Assembly (NCBI RefSeq): GCF_006345805.1
Contig: NC_042999.1
Span: forward strand, 144,956,001 to 145,020,000
DNA from: Octopus sinensis
Taxonomy: Eukaryota
Length of the DNA: 64,000 nucleotides
Direction of reading: 5' to 3'
The translations under genes and the position numbers were made by a program. Numbering within the stretch: position 1 is the stretch's first letter; every line of letters starts with the position of its first letter. The notes below the pieces were generated by a model that searched no databases, was not told the origin of the DNA, and saw only the letters and a program-made list of their open reading frames with translations. Shown piece by piece: positions 52,707 to 64,000 of the stretch.

Positions 52707-52834
52707 ATTGTTAAAGAGGACAACAAACATTAGGGAAGGCAAACATCTTAAGTTGTATACAATAATAATATTGTATATAACTTGAGATATTTGCCTCGCC
52801 TTAATGTTTACTGTCCTCTTTAACAATTATATAT
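52701..52834. repeat. 134-bp imperfect palindrome adjoining (TA)n
   Basis: TATATAATTGTTAAAGAGGACA...TGTCCTCTTTAACAATTATATA. Confidence 0.85.
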
Positions 52835-53042
52835 CCACTGCATCAGAAATTTGCAATGATTTCATAACTACTGTCTTGCCTATAACCATGGAGCCCTAGT
52901 AATCTGTTACAGCATTTACAGCATTTACCTACCATACCTAATTGTTTAGATCACCTGTGAACTAAACTGTCATACTTTGTATGTATGTATGTATGTATGT
53001 ATGTATGTATGTATGTATGTATCTATCTATCTATCTGTAGAA

Positions 53043-53254
53043 ACGTTAGTGCGCCGGGCGAAATGCTTAGCAGTATTTCGTCTGCTGCTATGTTCTGAGT
53101 TCAAATTCCGCCGAGGTCGACTTTGCCTTTCATCCTTTCAGGGTCGATAAATAAAGTACCAGTTTCGCACTGGGGTCGATGTAATCGACTTAATCCCTTT
53201 GTCTGTCCTTGTTTGTCCCTTCTATATTTAGCCCCTTGTGGGTAGTAAAGAAAT
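53043..53254 (+). mobile_element. Young tRNA-derived SINE
   Basis: B-box GAGTTCAAATTCC followed by GCCTTTCATCCTTTCAGGGTCGATAAATAAAGTACCAG central domain; CpGs retained. Confidence 0.85.
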
Positions 53255-54257
53255 ATATATCTATATATACATATATAGAGAGAGAGATGTATATATGTAT
53301 CTCTTATCTATATGCATTTCTCATCTCTTAATCACTCCCACCTTTTTTTCTCACAGTCTTATGATTAAAGATAGCAGTGGATCTCTCTGTTTGCTGTACA
53401 CTTCTTCCAGTCAAGATGCCACTGAACCTATTCTAAGGTTCTCCTCATCACTCATTTATGAAGTTCTGTAGTACAGGACCTACCTACTTTCCCTCCACCA
53501 AGCCACCATTTTCATTACTCAACCTTGACAGTCTATTTAATTTCCTATGTTTAGGTGGCTACAATGGACAGTGTATACCCAGTTTCCTCTACTTTCATTC
53601 TCCCTTCTTGTAGTGTCTGTCATTGCTCTACCCTTTGGATTACATAAACTTTTGTCATCTCCCTGTCATCTATGCTTTCAATATTCATATTTATCTCAAA
53701 ATACTGAGTATTCCTATCACATGTCCCTCTCATCACTATTATTCATGCCTTTATCACTCATGCCCCTCTGTAAAGAGATGAACATTTGAGTAGAAATGTG
53801 GGGTTGCAAGATTTCTTTAGTCACAACAAAGACATAGTTACCTCTTTAGTACTGCTGTCATGAAAAATGTACCTGATACCCTTCGTAAAGTGTAAGGTCA
53901 TCAGGACCTTTTAGTCCTGTTGCAGACATAACATCTCTCTGGTGCTGATGGCATGACTAAAGTACCCAGTGCATTCTGTAAAGTGATTGGCACTAGGAAG
54001 TATATCCAGCTATAGAAATCAAGTCAAAATAATATTTGAGTTATATGAGCAGACCTGTCCAACTGATCCCAGCATGGACAGTGGATGTAAAGTGATGATA
54101 ATGAGTGTATTTGTGTGTGAGCATGTTTGTTTGGGTGTATGTGTGTGCTTATTTGTGTGTTTGTGTGTTTGTGTGTCTCTGTGTGTTTGTGTGTGTGTGT
54201 GTGTGGGTGTGTATGTTTTATGAAAAATGTAACCAGTAATAAAGCCCATTTTAATAC

Positions 54258-55392
54258 TGTGGTATGAGGGAACTGTATTGTGGAGAAATAAGATACAGTT
54301 CACTTATAGTGCCCTACTCGTACCACCTAATGTTAGCAGCTGCTACTATCAATCCTGATAGCTCGCTCCACTGATGTCCATTCTCAGTGACTGCAGCAGA
54401 CTGAAAAAGGATGACCCTTATTTTCTTCCCTCACTTCCTCTCTCCAGCTTCCTGTTTTGGTCAGGCTCCTTGAAGGTTGATGTCACAACCCTTTCCTTCC
54501 AGCTCATCTCATCCCCACACACTCTCCCTGATCTCAAAGATCACCTCCTCACTCCACTCCAATTCAAAATCTGCCATCCACCTGGGTGGACGTCTCATAC
54601 ACTGGGATCTCTGTAGAGAGGGAGCCTTGTCCTATGAAGCGACAGTTCTGCTAACATCCAAGATGTAATGTGGCATTCCATCCACAGAAATGTCACTGTT
54701 CCTCTGTTCCATTGAGATGTGCAATGTGCCTTCAGGAGCTTCACCCAGACTTCATTGCCCACCTGCATGAAGGCAGACCCTCTCTCTTCCACAAGGCATT
54801 CTAATGGTTTATTCGGATGCTGCCATTCATATCTGAATATCACTCTGTGTGGTACAAACTCTTCAGCCTGTCCTGATCAGGGCAACATGTACTATAATAC
54901 TGCATCCTGCAGTGAGATGTACCCCTTCTCTACTATGCCCTTGATCTTATGGATCCAGGCAACTAAATTTCCTTCACCATAGAAAGGTCTGACAGCATTG
55001 CTGCTGATTCTTATCTGCACTGCCATCTCCTGGAAGGGGACAACAATGATGGCAAAATATATTTATGCATGAGAGCCAAAATAGCTTGTAGTGTGAGGGA
55101 ACTGTAATGTGGGGAAATATAAAACAGTTCACCTACTTTTCACTGTTGGCTGCCCAGCTGTGCTAAGTCCAAATACGTGCCCTACCCATATCACCTAATG
55201 TTAGCAGGTGCTACTATCAATCCCACTAGCTTGCTCCACTGACATCCATTCATGATGACTGCAGCAAGCTGTAAAAGGATGACCCTGGTCTTGCTTCCCT
55301 CCCTCCCTTCCTCTCTCCTCCTTCCTGTTCTGCTCAGGCCCCTTGACCACTGATGTCACAGTTCTTTCCTTCCAGCTCATCTCATCCCCACA
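54258..55392 (-). mobile_element. Internally deleted Gypsy-type LTR retrotransposon (1135 bp) with 5-bp TSD
   Basis: AATAC|TG...CA|AATAC; LTRs 54258-54519 and 55087-55392; purine tract AGGGAGAG just before the 3' LTR on the minus strand; integrase C-terminal remnant VPHRVIFRYEWQHP...VGNEVWVK...CTSQWNRGTVT. Confidence 0.9.
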
Positions 55393-55482
55393 AATACAGA
55401 ATCCAGAATTCTAGAAGGCTGTACTTAAGGGCTTCAGTGGTGGTAGGATCTTCACCTTGGTTCGGTCATTGAGAGAAAAACT

Positions 55483-55726
55483 TTAGAGAATTTTGCTTGT
55501 CATATCCTTTCTTCTGAAATGATTTTGCTAATGTGATAAGTGAACATAGTATCATTAGTCATCATGAGCTGGAGAACTCTAAATGAAGTCATTTACTTTT
55601 CAATAATATTGTCAGAGAATTTTTTCCTTAGCAATGTTGTATGGCTAAAGACTGAATATGTTTGAGAAGTTATTTCAACAATTACTTCTGCTAAATCTTC
55701 CAGGTCTTTTGTTATTGTAGTTAAAT
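55483..55726 (-). CDS. Possible two terminal exons of an unknown host gene (55726-55597 and 55513-55483)
   Basis: AG/GT boundaries, 83-bp intron, phases join to (D)LTTITKDLEDLAEVIVEITSQTYSVFSHTTLLRKKFSDNIIEKRKDMTSKIL*. No homology recognised; could be chance. Confidence 0.2.
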
Positions 55727-56649
55727 CTTGAAGGTTGAAAAGTTTTTTTTTTTGATGAAATATGAAAAAAATGTTTAGAGTTAGCAATATTAATACTCTC
55801 AGATAACATGTGTGAGTATTTGTGAAGAATGCTCTGTTTACCTTTGCAATTATTCAATATTGAGCATCATTTTAACTATTTGACCCCCAATTGTTGACTT
55901 ACTCTTGTTCTTTTATGTTGATTTTGATTAGCTCCCAGTCCTGAATGACATCATCAAATGTCAAATTCAAATGTCACTGATTATTTATTAATATCTGTAT
56001 TAAACAAAAGTTGAAGCACTGAAACATTGGGCTAAGAGGCATTCTATATATAGTTCATATTTAGTTCTGATTCCAAATGTTTTGATTTCAAATCCTTCTG
56101 GTCTTGACCTTGCTTGTGATCCCATTTATTAGATCAATGAAGTAAGTATAAGCCATGCACAAGGCTCAGTTCCAGAAACAAAACTCTTCCCTGACAAACT
56201 TGATTCATTGTACCTCTTTATGTTTGTAATGAAAGAGATAAAAGAATAAGTCCAAGTAATAGGAGAGAAGGCAGTGACTTTATGTGAGATGCTGATAGAA
56301 ATTATTTAAATTTAAATATATTTTACAAGGAATCTAGAGTTAAAAAAAAAGAGGAAACAAACAAACAAAATATACAATCACCTATCTCCTTTATGCATGA
56401 TTGCTAAAATATTTGATAGAGGGAGAGAACATATTTAGCTGCATTCTATGTAGTAACTTTAGAAAAAATTCTTAAAAAATGAAGTTCATCATCATCATCA
56501 TCATCATTTTAAAAAATCCCTGTAAAACAGTTGCAAGAAAATTAAGTTAAATATATGAAGAATAACTTTGATGCTCCACAATTCTCAATTAATATATTGA
56601 GAATCAAGACACATACATAGCTCAAAAGTAAGGCTAACAGAAAGACTAA

Positions 56650-56865
56650 TAGTGATTATCTCAGGTTTGTCTTGCAAAAAAGAAGTAAATTCTTGACTGT
56701 ATGGCCATATTTAAGATGCAACTGGTGTGCCACAAGCAAAGGCAATTCATGAAACAACCCAAGAATGTTACATTGAAGAAAGTATTATGAGTTTTGTTTA
56801 TGATATCACAAGCTCATATTCTGGTTTACATCACAGTGCTTGTAAGTTTCTGGTGGTACAGCTTA
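56650..56865 (+). pseudogene. Decayed DDE transposase fragment (hAT-like)
   Basis: ATGVPQAKAIHETTQE...SFVYDITSSYSGLHHSACKFL resembles the FDTTxSNTGxxxGAC catalytic region of hAT-related transposases; no ends found. Confidence 0.45.
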
Positions 56866-57733
56866 AAAGAAAAGGTTTTGGATCACCTGTTGGCAATACC
56901 TTTAATAGATTGTTTTAAATAGTGTGCATTCAACTATTTTATAGAGTAACATCTCCAAAATGTCAATAATTTTTTGGATTAAGTTGGAAAACAGGTAAAT
57001 TGAAATTGTAATGAGTGATGCCTATATGTTGTAGCAGTAAATATATATTCTATTATGTCAAGATTGTTCCCATAAATTAAAAATAAAATATATAGTTATG
57101 TTTTAATAGGTCCATTGCCACAAAACTAATTTGGTATTTACTGGTACAATGTAAAAAGCTCCCATGTTGGTGCCACCTAAAATGCATTTGCACTTGTACC
57201 ACATAAAAATCACCTGTGCTGGTGCCATGTGAAATGCACCCAGTATATCCTGTAAAGTGGTTTGTGTTGGAGCCAGGTGAAGTTCTCAAGCTTGCCAGCT
57301 TCTGTCAGACTGTCCAAACCATGCCAGCATAGAGAATGGACGTTAAATGATGATGATCATAATGATACCTCTAGGTGGTGGTAATACCTTGTTCACATTC
57401 ATGAAAAATTGTTTGATTATTTTTTTTTTTATTAAACTTAATGATTATTTTATAAAACATAATAGGCATATATCAATGAAATTGTCATTTTTCTTTCTGC
57501 ACAAAATGAAACAAACAGAAAAAAAATGATGAGGTTATAAGGCCAAGAAGTTGAAAAACACTGATGTGAAACCTTGCCCCACCCTGCTGTGGATCTATAT
57601 ACTGATAAATTAATCTGATATTTGACATGTATATCACCAGATAAAAAATAGAGCAACTTAAATTTTAAATTTAAAAAAAATAATATACTTAATACATGCA
57701 TACATACATACTTACATACATACACACACACAT

Positions 57734-57932
57734 ACCTAACTATGCTCCATCCCAAATAATTGTCTATGTAGGTGTATCAGTGTATATGTATGAGGTGTAT
57801 GTATGAATGTGTGTATATGTAAAGGGTAATATGTATGGGTATATACATAAATATATAAATGTATATACTCAGACACTCATACGCACTCATGCACCTACAT
57901 AGGCAATTATTTGGGATGAAGCATAGCTAGGT
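57734..57932. repeat. 44-bp inverted repeat whose right arm runs into a decayed SINE head
   Basis: ACCTAACTATGCTCCATCCCAAATAATTGTCTATGTAGGTGTAT versus ATGCACCTACATAGGCAATTATTTGGGATGAAGCATAGCTAGGT. Confidence 0.8.
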
Positions 57933-58429
57933 TGTCAAGAAGTTTCACTGATAACCACATGGTTCTGAATTTAATCTCACATTGCTGCACCTTGAGCAAA
58001 TGATTTCTATTAAGATCTTGCGAGTAAAATCTGTTAGAGGGAAACTGTTCCGTTTATTTCTGCAAATTTGCTTGAGTGGGATGGTGTTTCGCTATGTCAT
58101 TGTTTTAAATCCTTACTGTTAACCACTCAATTCAGAAGTAGGAGTGTTTTTCATTTTCTGACACAAAGTGGAACACTATTTAAATGCTAGGGCTCAAGAG
58201 GATAACAAAATATCAGCAGTAAGGTTTTAGTTTATGTTCACATGATTAGCAGTTCAACCAATCTAATCTCAAAGGCAAGGTGTTATGAGATAATGCAATT
58301 AAATTACCTAAATATTAATGAGGGATATGTATATTGAGTTCTAACACCAAGTCATTAGTATTGCTATGAATAATATAATATAATATAATATAATATAATA
58401 TAATATAATATAATATAATATATATATAT

Positions 58430-58463
<34 letters not shown>

Positions 58464-58570
58464 ATATAATATATATATATATCGTTGGTAGAGCATAAAT
58501 CTGAAAAAGAAGCACATTCTAAGATACAGAGACGTATATAATATAAATAAAGTTAGATAAGGCCAGTTTA

Positions 58571-58633
58571 TGGGATTGCCCTGCGTTTCACATCCATAAA
58601 GCATTTAGTTTTACGGCATATCATCAGATCCCA
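58571..58633 (-). ncRNA. Hammerhead in the 3' pLTR, cleavage triplet mutated to GCA
   Basis: Minus: TGGGAT-CTGATGA-T-ATGCCGTAAA...TTTATGGATGT-GAAAC-GCAGG-GCA-ATCCCA. Confidence 0.65.
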
Positions 58634-59088
58634 AAACCTGTTGGCTTAAGGCTGCTCTAGAATATGGAAGAGGAAAGGATCTTACTACTCAATGTCAACA
58701 ACGAGGTTTGTCTCCCTTCAGCTATTGATTACTAGTGACCCTGTTATCCTGTGGGTTTCAATAGGCCAGCAGGAATTTCCTGAAATGCAAGCATGGTCCG
58801 AAGAGCTCTGTTATGAAGTTAAGGATATTCCTTGGATCGAGGGAGTCCTTTAGCATCTATGCCCTTTCTGCTATGCATAGTTTATAGCGCTTGATCCTAT
58901 TTATGTAGGGCCTGAATTTTCTAGGATTCTTCATGATATTGTGTGTGGAATTTCGTCATCTTTCAGCTGCCATATATGGCTGGCTAATGACGTAACATAT
59001 CTCCTTTCTGGTATCCTGAAGGAGGGTCTGTGGTTGGAGAGGTGTTGTTTGAACGTGCTTTCAGAGCAGCCAATATATCGCCAACAGG

Positions 59089-59157
59089 TTTTGGGATCTG
59101 ATGATATGCTGTAAAGCTAAACACTTTATGGACGTGAAACCCAGTGTAATCTCAAAA
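59089..59157 (+). ncRNA. Type I hammerhead ribozyme in the inverted pLTR
   Basis: TTTTGGGAT-CTGATGA-T-ATGCTGTAAAG...CTTTATGGACGT-GAAAC-CCAGT-GTA^ATCTCAAAA; 9-bp stem I. Confidence 0.8.
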
Positions 59158-59299
59158 AACTGGCCTTATCTAACTTTATTTATATATATATATAATACAT
59201 TAGGTAGAGCATTGATGTGCTTTGATTCTTAAGGATCCTTATAACTAAATAATACATATCTATGTGTGTATATACATATTAATTGAAGTGTACAGCATT

Positions 59300-60050
59300 A
59301 TATATCCATCATGGCTGATCTTACTAATCAGTTTTGCACTGGGGAGTCAATGGAGTGTTAGGTAACAGTCCGATTATGTAACCCTATGCTCTTCAGAAAT
59401 GGCAGTTATGGAATGAAATAAGGTGACTGCTCTTTATTATTGTGGGTAAACAGACATCCAATTTGGGGTTGCTGTGAAGAAGATGATGAAACACAGGTTA
59501 AGTTAAGAGTTATGTCCCTTAGCACCAAAAAACATCTTTGGGGATGTAGCAAGTCAGCAAGAGTTTTCTGGAAAAGGGTTTATGGGAAATGCATGTATCT
59601 TTGAGGTTGGTGCTCTTGTAGAAATGGAATGTGTGTAGTGGTACTCTGTGTATAGTGTTTGCAGGGTGGTTTTCAAAGGCCACATACACATCTGTGTTCA
59701 TTAGTGTGTTTTCTTTCTTTTATGTTTTGGTTAAATTCTTGGGGCATTTATATATGCATGTGGTGTGTGTAGGAGTACAATAAGTGTGGAAAATGGTCTA
59801 TTGGGTGGATGTCTGTCTCTCAGGATGTTGAAAGAGGACTTGTGGTTGTTATAACAGGTTCTGAAGGAGCCTTCAGTTACTCTCATGCATTTTTTCATGT
59901 TTGGTTGCCCATTTGTCCTATCGTTGTTACTACTGCTTTCTATATGACGGTTGCTGTATTACAGTGGCTGTTCAGTGGACATGTTGTGTTACACCTACAT
60001 ATGCATCAAGCCTCTGTCTCCAGTGTGGGCACACCTACCAAAATCTCTTT
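59300..60050 (-). mobile_element. Older Penelope-like GIY-YIG fragment with decayed hammerhead (59319-59399)
   Basis: Minus: CRCNTTCPLNSHCNTATVI*KAVVTT...TEGSFRTCYNNHKSSF; downstream TTT-CTGAAGA-GCA...TGC-AAAAC-TGATTA-GTA-AGA. Confidence 0.75.
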
Positions 60051-60349
60051 TACATTGGGCGCACTGCTAAACATTTCTTCAATGTAGCAATGAGCACTTT
60101 TGACAGTGCTGATATATGTGACCTCATCTGCACTCATACCGGTGCCATGTAAATGCACCTGTGCCATAAAAACACCCAGTACACTCTGTAAAGGGGTTTA
60201 TGTTAGGAAGAGCATCCAGCCATAGGAACTATGCAAAGACAGACACGTAGCCTGGGCAGCTCTTATCAAACCATCCAGCCCACACCAGCATGGTAAACAG
60301 ATGTTTAATGATGATGATGAATATGATATTGGCCTTGCTCACCAGTGGT

Positions 60350-60653
60350 AGCAATGGCAAGTGTTCTAGTTAATATGATCAACCAAGCAGCCTGCTCATG
60401 AAACTAATGTGCAAGTGGCTGAGCATTCCACAGATATGCATACTCTTAATGTAGTTCTCTGGGAGATTCAGTGTGACACAGAAAGTGACAAGGCTGCCCC
60501 TTTGAATTACAGGCATAACTCGTTTTTGCTAGTTGAGTGGACTGGAGCAACCATGAAATAAAATATCTTGCTCAAGGTCCCAACATGCTGCTGGATATCG
60601 AACACATGGCCTTATGATCATGAGCTGAATAACTAGCTACTAAACCATGTGCC

Positions 60654-60657
<4 letters not shown>
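60350..60657 (-). mobile_element. tRNA-derived SINE
   Basis: Minus head GAAGGCACATGGTTTAGTAG...TGTTCGATATCC, CCTTGAGCAAG core; same family as 22880-23160. Confidence 0.8.
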
Positions 60658-60690
<33 letters not shown>

Positions 60691-60703
60691 AGACACACAC
60701 ACA

Positions 60704-60759
<56 letters not shown>

Positions 60760-61024
60760 GACACAGACACACACACACACGCATACACATGATATAATAT
60801 ACATGATATAATATATGCATGTATATCTGTGTATCTTGTGTGTACAGTTAGATGTAAGATGACTATTGTATAAGTTAGAGCTCCATGCAGACTATCACTT
60901 TTGCAGTCAGCTTCCAGTATAATGTTTAGTTGAACATGTACTTAGCAGTGTTATGTATGTGTGTATGTGTGTATATATGTGTATGTATGTGTTTATATGT
61001 ATGCATATAAATGTATATGTATGT

Positions 61025-61325
61025 ATCATCCTCATCATCATTTAATGTCCGTTTTTCATGCTAGCATGGGTTGGACAGTTTGACCAGGGTCTGGTAAGCC
61101 ATGGAGGCTGCACCAGGCTCAAGTATGCTCTGGCAGTGTTTCTACAGCTGGATGCCCTTCCTAATGCCAACCACTCAGTGAGTGTAGTGGGTGCTTTTTA
61201 TGTGCCACCGGTATGGGTATCACAACTACAATTTCCATTTGATTTTCATTTTGATGTTGATGTACTTGACTCAGTAGGTCTCCTCAAGCATAGCAGGTCG
61301 CCCTACGATCCAAGGTACTTTTGAA
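61025..61325 (-). mobile_element. RTE 3'UTR/tail copy
   Basis: Reverse complement of the 29830-30300 type. Confidence 0.8.
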
Positions 61326-62121
61326 TGGGCTATATATATATATAAATGAAGAATGTGTGATAGAATGCTAAGGTAAGAGCACTATAGATAAGTTGCAAGG
61401 TAGTGCTCAGAAAAATCTGAAACTTCAACTCTTTCACCCAGGGCAGATAACACTAAGGTAGGAAGTCGGCTATAAGAAAAATCTACCTCAAGTGGGTCTG
61501 AAAACAGAAAAGACAGACAAGCAATAATAGGATAAGGAATGTATTCACATGGAAAGCTGTGTGTACAAATAAATTATATAATCAAGTCTTATATATACAG
61601 CTGTTTCAAATAATCTATGATTGGCATCATAATTATGAATATCATGTAATAATATTATTATTACTCAATAATAGTATCATCAATAACTGGCATGGATTTT
61701 GAGACTTGTGCGGTGAAGACATGTTATCCTCACCGGAAGACACTGGCAAGTTGCCTGGTGTCAACAAAGAGAGTGGCATGCGCTAGCAGAAATCAGCAAA
61801 CTGACTCGCAAACCCTAAAGGATTGGTAGCATCAAGACTGTCAAAAACCATAAAGATGTGGCCAAACATACAAGCCAGCCAACTGGCCACTACCATCACC
61901 GTCGTCACCACTACAACTACATACCACCACTACCACTACTGCAATCAACACTGCCACAGATACCACCATCACTACAACCATCACAGCTACCATCATCACT
62001 GGAACCATCACCATTGCCACCATCACCAACACTACTAATATCACTGCACCATCAGTACCACCACCACCACCACCACCACCACCACCACCACCACCGCCAC
62101 CACCACCACCACCATCACCAT

Positions 62122-62152
<31 letters not shown>

Positions 62153-62483
62153 AGTAGCACAAAGTCACATTTTGTTACCTGACAGATGGCAGCAGGGACA
62201 TGCTATCCAATTCCAATCAGATATCTGAGTTTTTTTCTGCAGTATTTTGCTAAACTTTTTATTAGGAATGACTGGCTAAAGATGGTAGACTTCAGTATCC
62301 ATCTCGATGGTCTAATTTAACTTTTGACCAAAGATACACTTAAAAAAACAAAATTTATTTCAAGAAACAAAGTAGATGTGTTGAGCCACTTTGTGAGAAA
62401 CAAATTGATGACCTTGGAAGATTTAATTTACAAAAAGTACTGCTGCACGTGATCAGTGTTATTAATGATCCTTTTGCCAATAG

Positions 62484-62910
62484 TCTACTGCAACTGGTAG
62501 CCAACTGGAAGAATTTCCACTACAACTGGCAGCTGACTGGGAGATTTTCTTCTGGTCATCAAATGGGAGAATTTCTATTGCAACACACTGCTGACTGGAA
62601 ACATTTCTATAGCAAATGGTAACCAACTGAAAGACTTACTTCTATCTCTGGCAGCCAACTGGGAGAAGTTCTACTGCAATTGGTAGATGACCGGGAAAAT
62701 TTTTATGGCAAATGGCAGGCAGCTGGTAGAATTTCTACTGTAACTAGCAGCTGGTTAGGAAAATTTCTACGGCTACTGGTAGTCAAATGGAAAACTGTCT
62801 ACTGTGACTGGCAAGGAGAATTAGTTACTGTTTGTAGCCAGGACAGAGAATTGTTGTTGTTATGGCAACTAGATGGAACAATTTCTGTTTCTACTGGTAG
62901 CCTACTGTAG
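62484..62910. repeat. Degenerate 32-bp minisatellite (about 12 units, TCTACTGCAACTGGCAGCCAACTGGGAGAATT-like)
   Basis: Recurrent TTTCTAC...ACTGG...ACTGG periodicity. Confidence 0.8.
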
Positions 62911-63169
62911 ATAAATCTTTAACATCTGAGAAAAAGGTTTGGGGAAACTGGAAGAAAGGGGCCAGCAAGGAGTACTATCAAGTTGCTAGAAGAAAAGATA
63001 AACACCAGGTATACTTAGGAAAGAAAGAAGCACAAACTAAGAGGATACCAATATTCTGGGACATTAGGATTAAAAACGTAATGCATCTTTGATTTTTAGA
63101 CAGTGAGAACATTGAGAAATTGCTGGGTAAAAATGTGTATCAAATGATTAAGACATACTTTTCTGATAA

Positions 63170-63990
63170 GAGGTGTAGATCTGTTGTATGAGGTTGTCAA
63201 ATATGGAGAATGCTTGGGAGCAAGTGGGACCTTCCCAAGTAGATCTAAAGAGGAAATAACCTTTTAAGTTGACAGTAGCATGGTAGCAGGTGCAAATAAA
63301 GATATGAAGGTGAGGAATGCAGTTTGGCCACCAGGGATGGTGGCTAAAATGCTGGACTCATGCTAGTCAATCACATATTCAGTAAATAGTATAGGAAGGT
63401 GTCATACTCAGTGGGAAGCATAGTAGTGTCCTCATTGATGTTTAGAAATTTTAGAAGACTTTTTGAAGACAAAGGATATGCACTAAAGAGAGAGAGGGGG
63501 GAGAGAAAGAGAGAGGGAGAGAGAGAGGGAGAGAGAGAGAGACAGACAGAGACAGAGAGTATTTAAGTGGCATCAAATTGGTGGACCAGGTTATGAAAGA
63601 TATAGAATTTTAGCACAGTTGATTAAAGCAGATCAAATGCATTTGAGTTTTGTACCAGGAAGACCTACAGTTGATGCCATCTTCTTAGTGAACCAATTAG
63701 AGGAAGAATACTGAGCTAGAAATAAAGCTTCTATATTTAATGACCTGGATAAATTTTTTTGAATGGTTCATGTGCTGTATTTTACTGGTTAGTAAGGAAT
63801 CAAAGAATAGATGGGTGACATGTAAAGGCCATACAGAAGCAGAATCAGTAAAGTGAGAAGTAGCAATGAATTCAGCAATGAATTTAGAATTCAATTAGAT
63901 GTGTGTGTGTGTGTGTAGGGTGTTGGATGTAGCTTAATTATCAGGTGTCTTCTGCTTCCCTGACCATAACAGGGTGTTTAAGACCTAGTT
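63170..63990 (+). mobile_element. Old RTE RT fragment interrupted by (GA)n and (TG)n
   Basis: GIKLVDQVMK...DQMHLSFVPGRPTVDAIFLVNQLEEEY (cf. RGIKLL...EMQFGFVPGRGTTDAIF.VRQLQEKY). Confidence 0.8.
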
Positions 63991-64000
63991 CTTATAGCTG

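Larger units (their letters stand above)
58482..59185 (-). mobile_element. 5'-truncated Penelope-like element with inverted 5' pLTR
   Basis: Minus 59078-58758: YIGCSESTFKQHLSNHRPSF...TSLASHIWQLKD...KLCIAER...LN...ELFGPCLHFRKFLL (GIY-YIG); inverted repeat 58545-58645 versus 59079-59185; (TA)n flanks. Confidence 0.92.

Noticed and set aside
53043-53120. tRNA gene
   Set aside because: The B-box is followed by a SINE body and no complete cloverleaf forms; the same holds for the other tRNA-like heads.

Overview
AT-rich, microsatellite-dense eukaryotic (animal) DNA with no confidently identifiable host gene. The repeat content (tRNA-derived SINEs, RTE LINE tails ending in (GAT)n, very long (TA)n/(TATG)n tracts) resembles an octopus/coleoid cephalopod genome; this is inference. 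Nearly all listed ORFs are microsatellite read-through. Real coding remnants are all transposon-derived: many RTE LINE pieces (one with a PHD finger, one 5'-inverted), a CR1-clade tail, a Tc1-like DD36E element with both TIRs, a rearranged mariner, a non-autonomous Helitron, a piggyBac-type MITE, an internally deleted Gypsy LTR element with TSD, and three Penelope-like (GIY-YIG) fragments. The most striking signal is a set of roughly ten type I hammerhead ribozyme motifs, intact or decayed, in unrelated sequence families. Most lie in fold-back (palindromic) elements next to (TA)n tracts. They include a non-coding 361-nt terminally redundant retrozyme-like unit with a compensatory U3-A8 core, and a 726-bp palindrome carrying an intact-core hammerhead on each strand. 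All structures were folded by eye; repeat boundaries are approximate unless a TSD or TIR is given.
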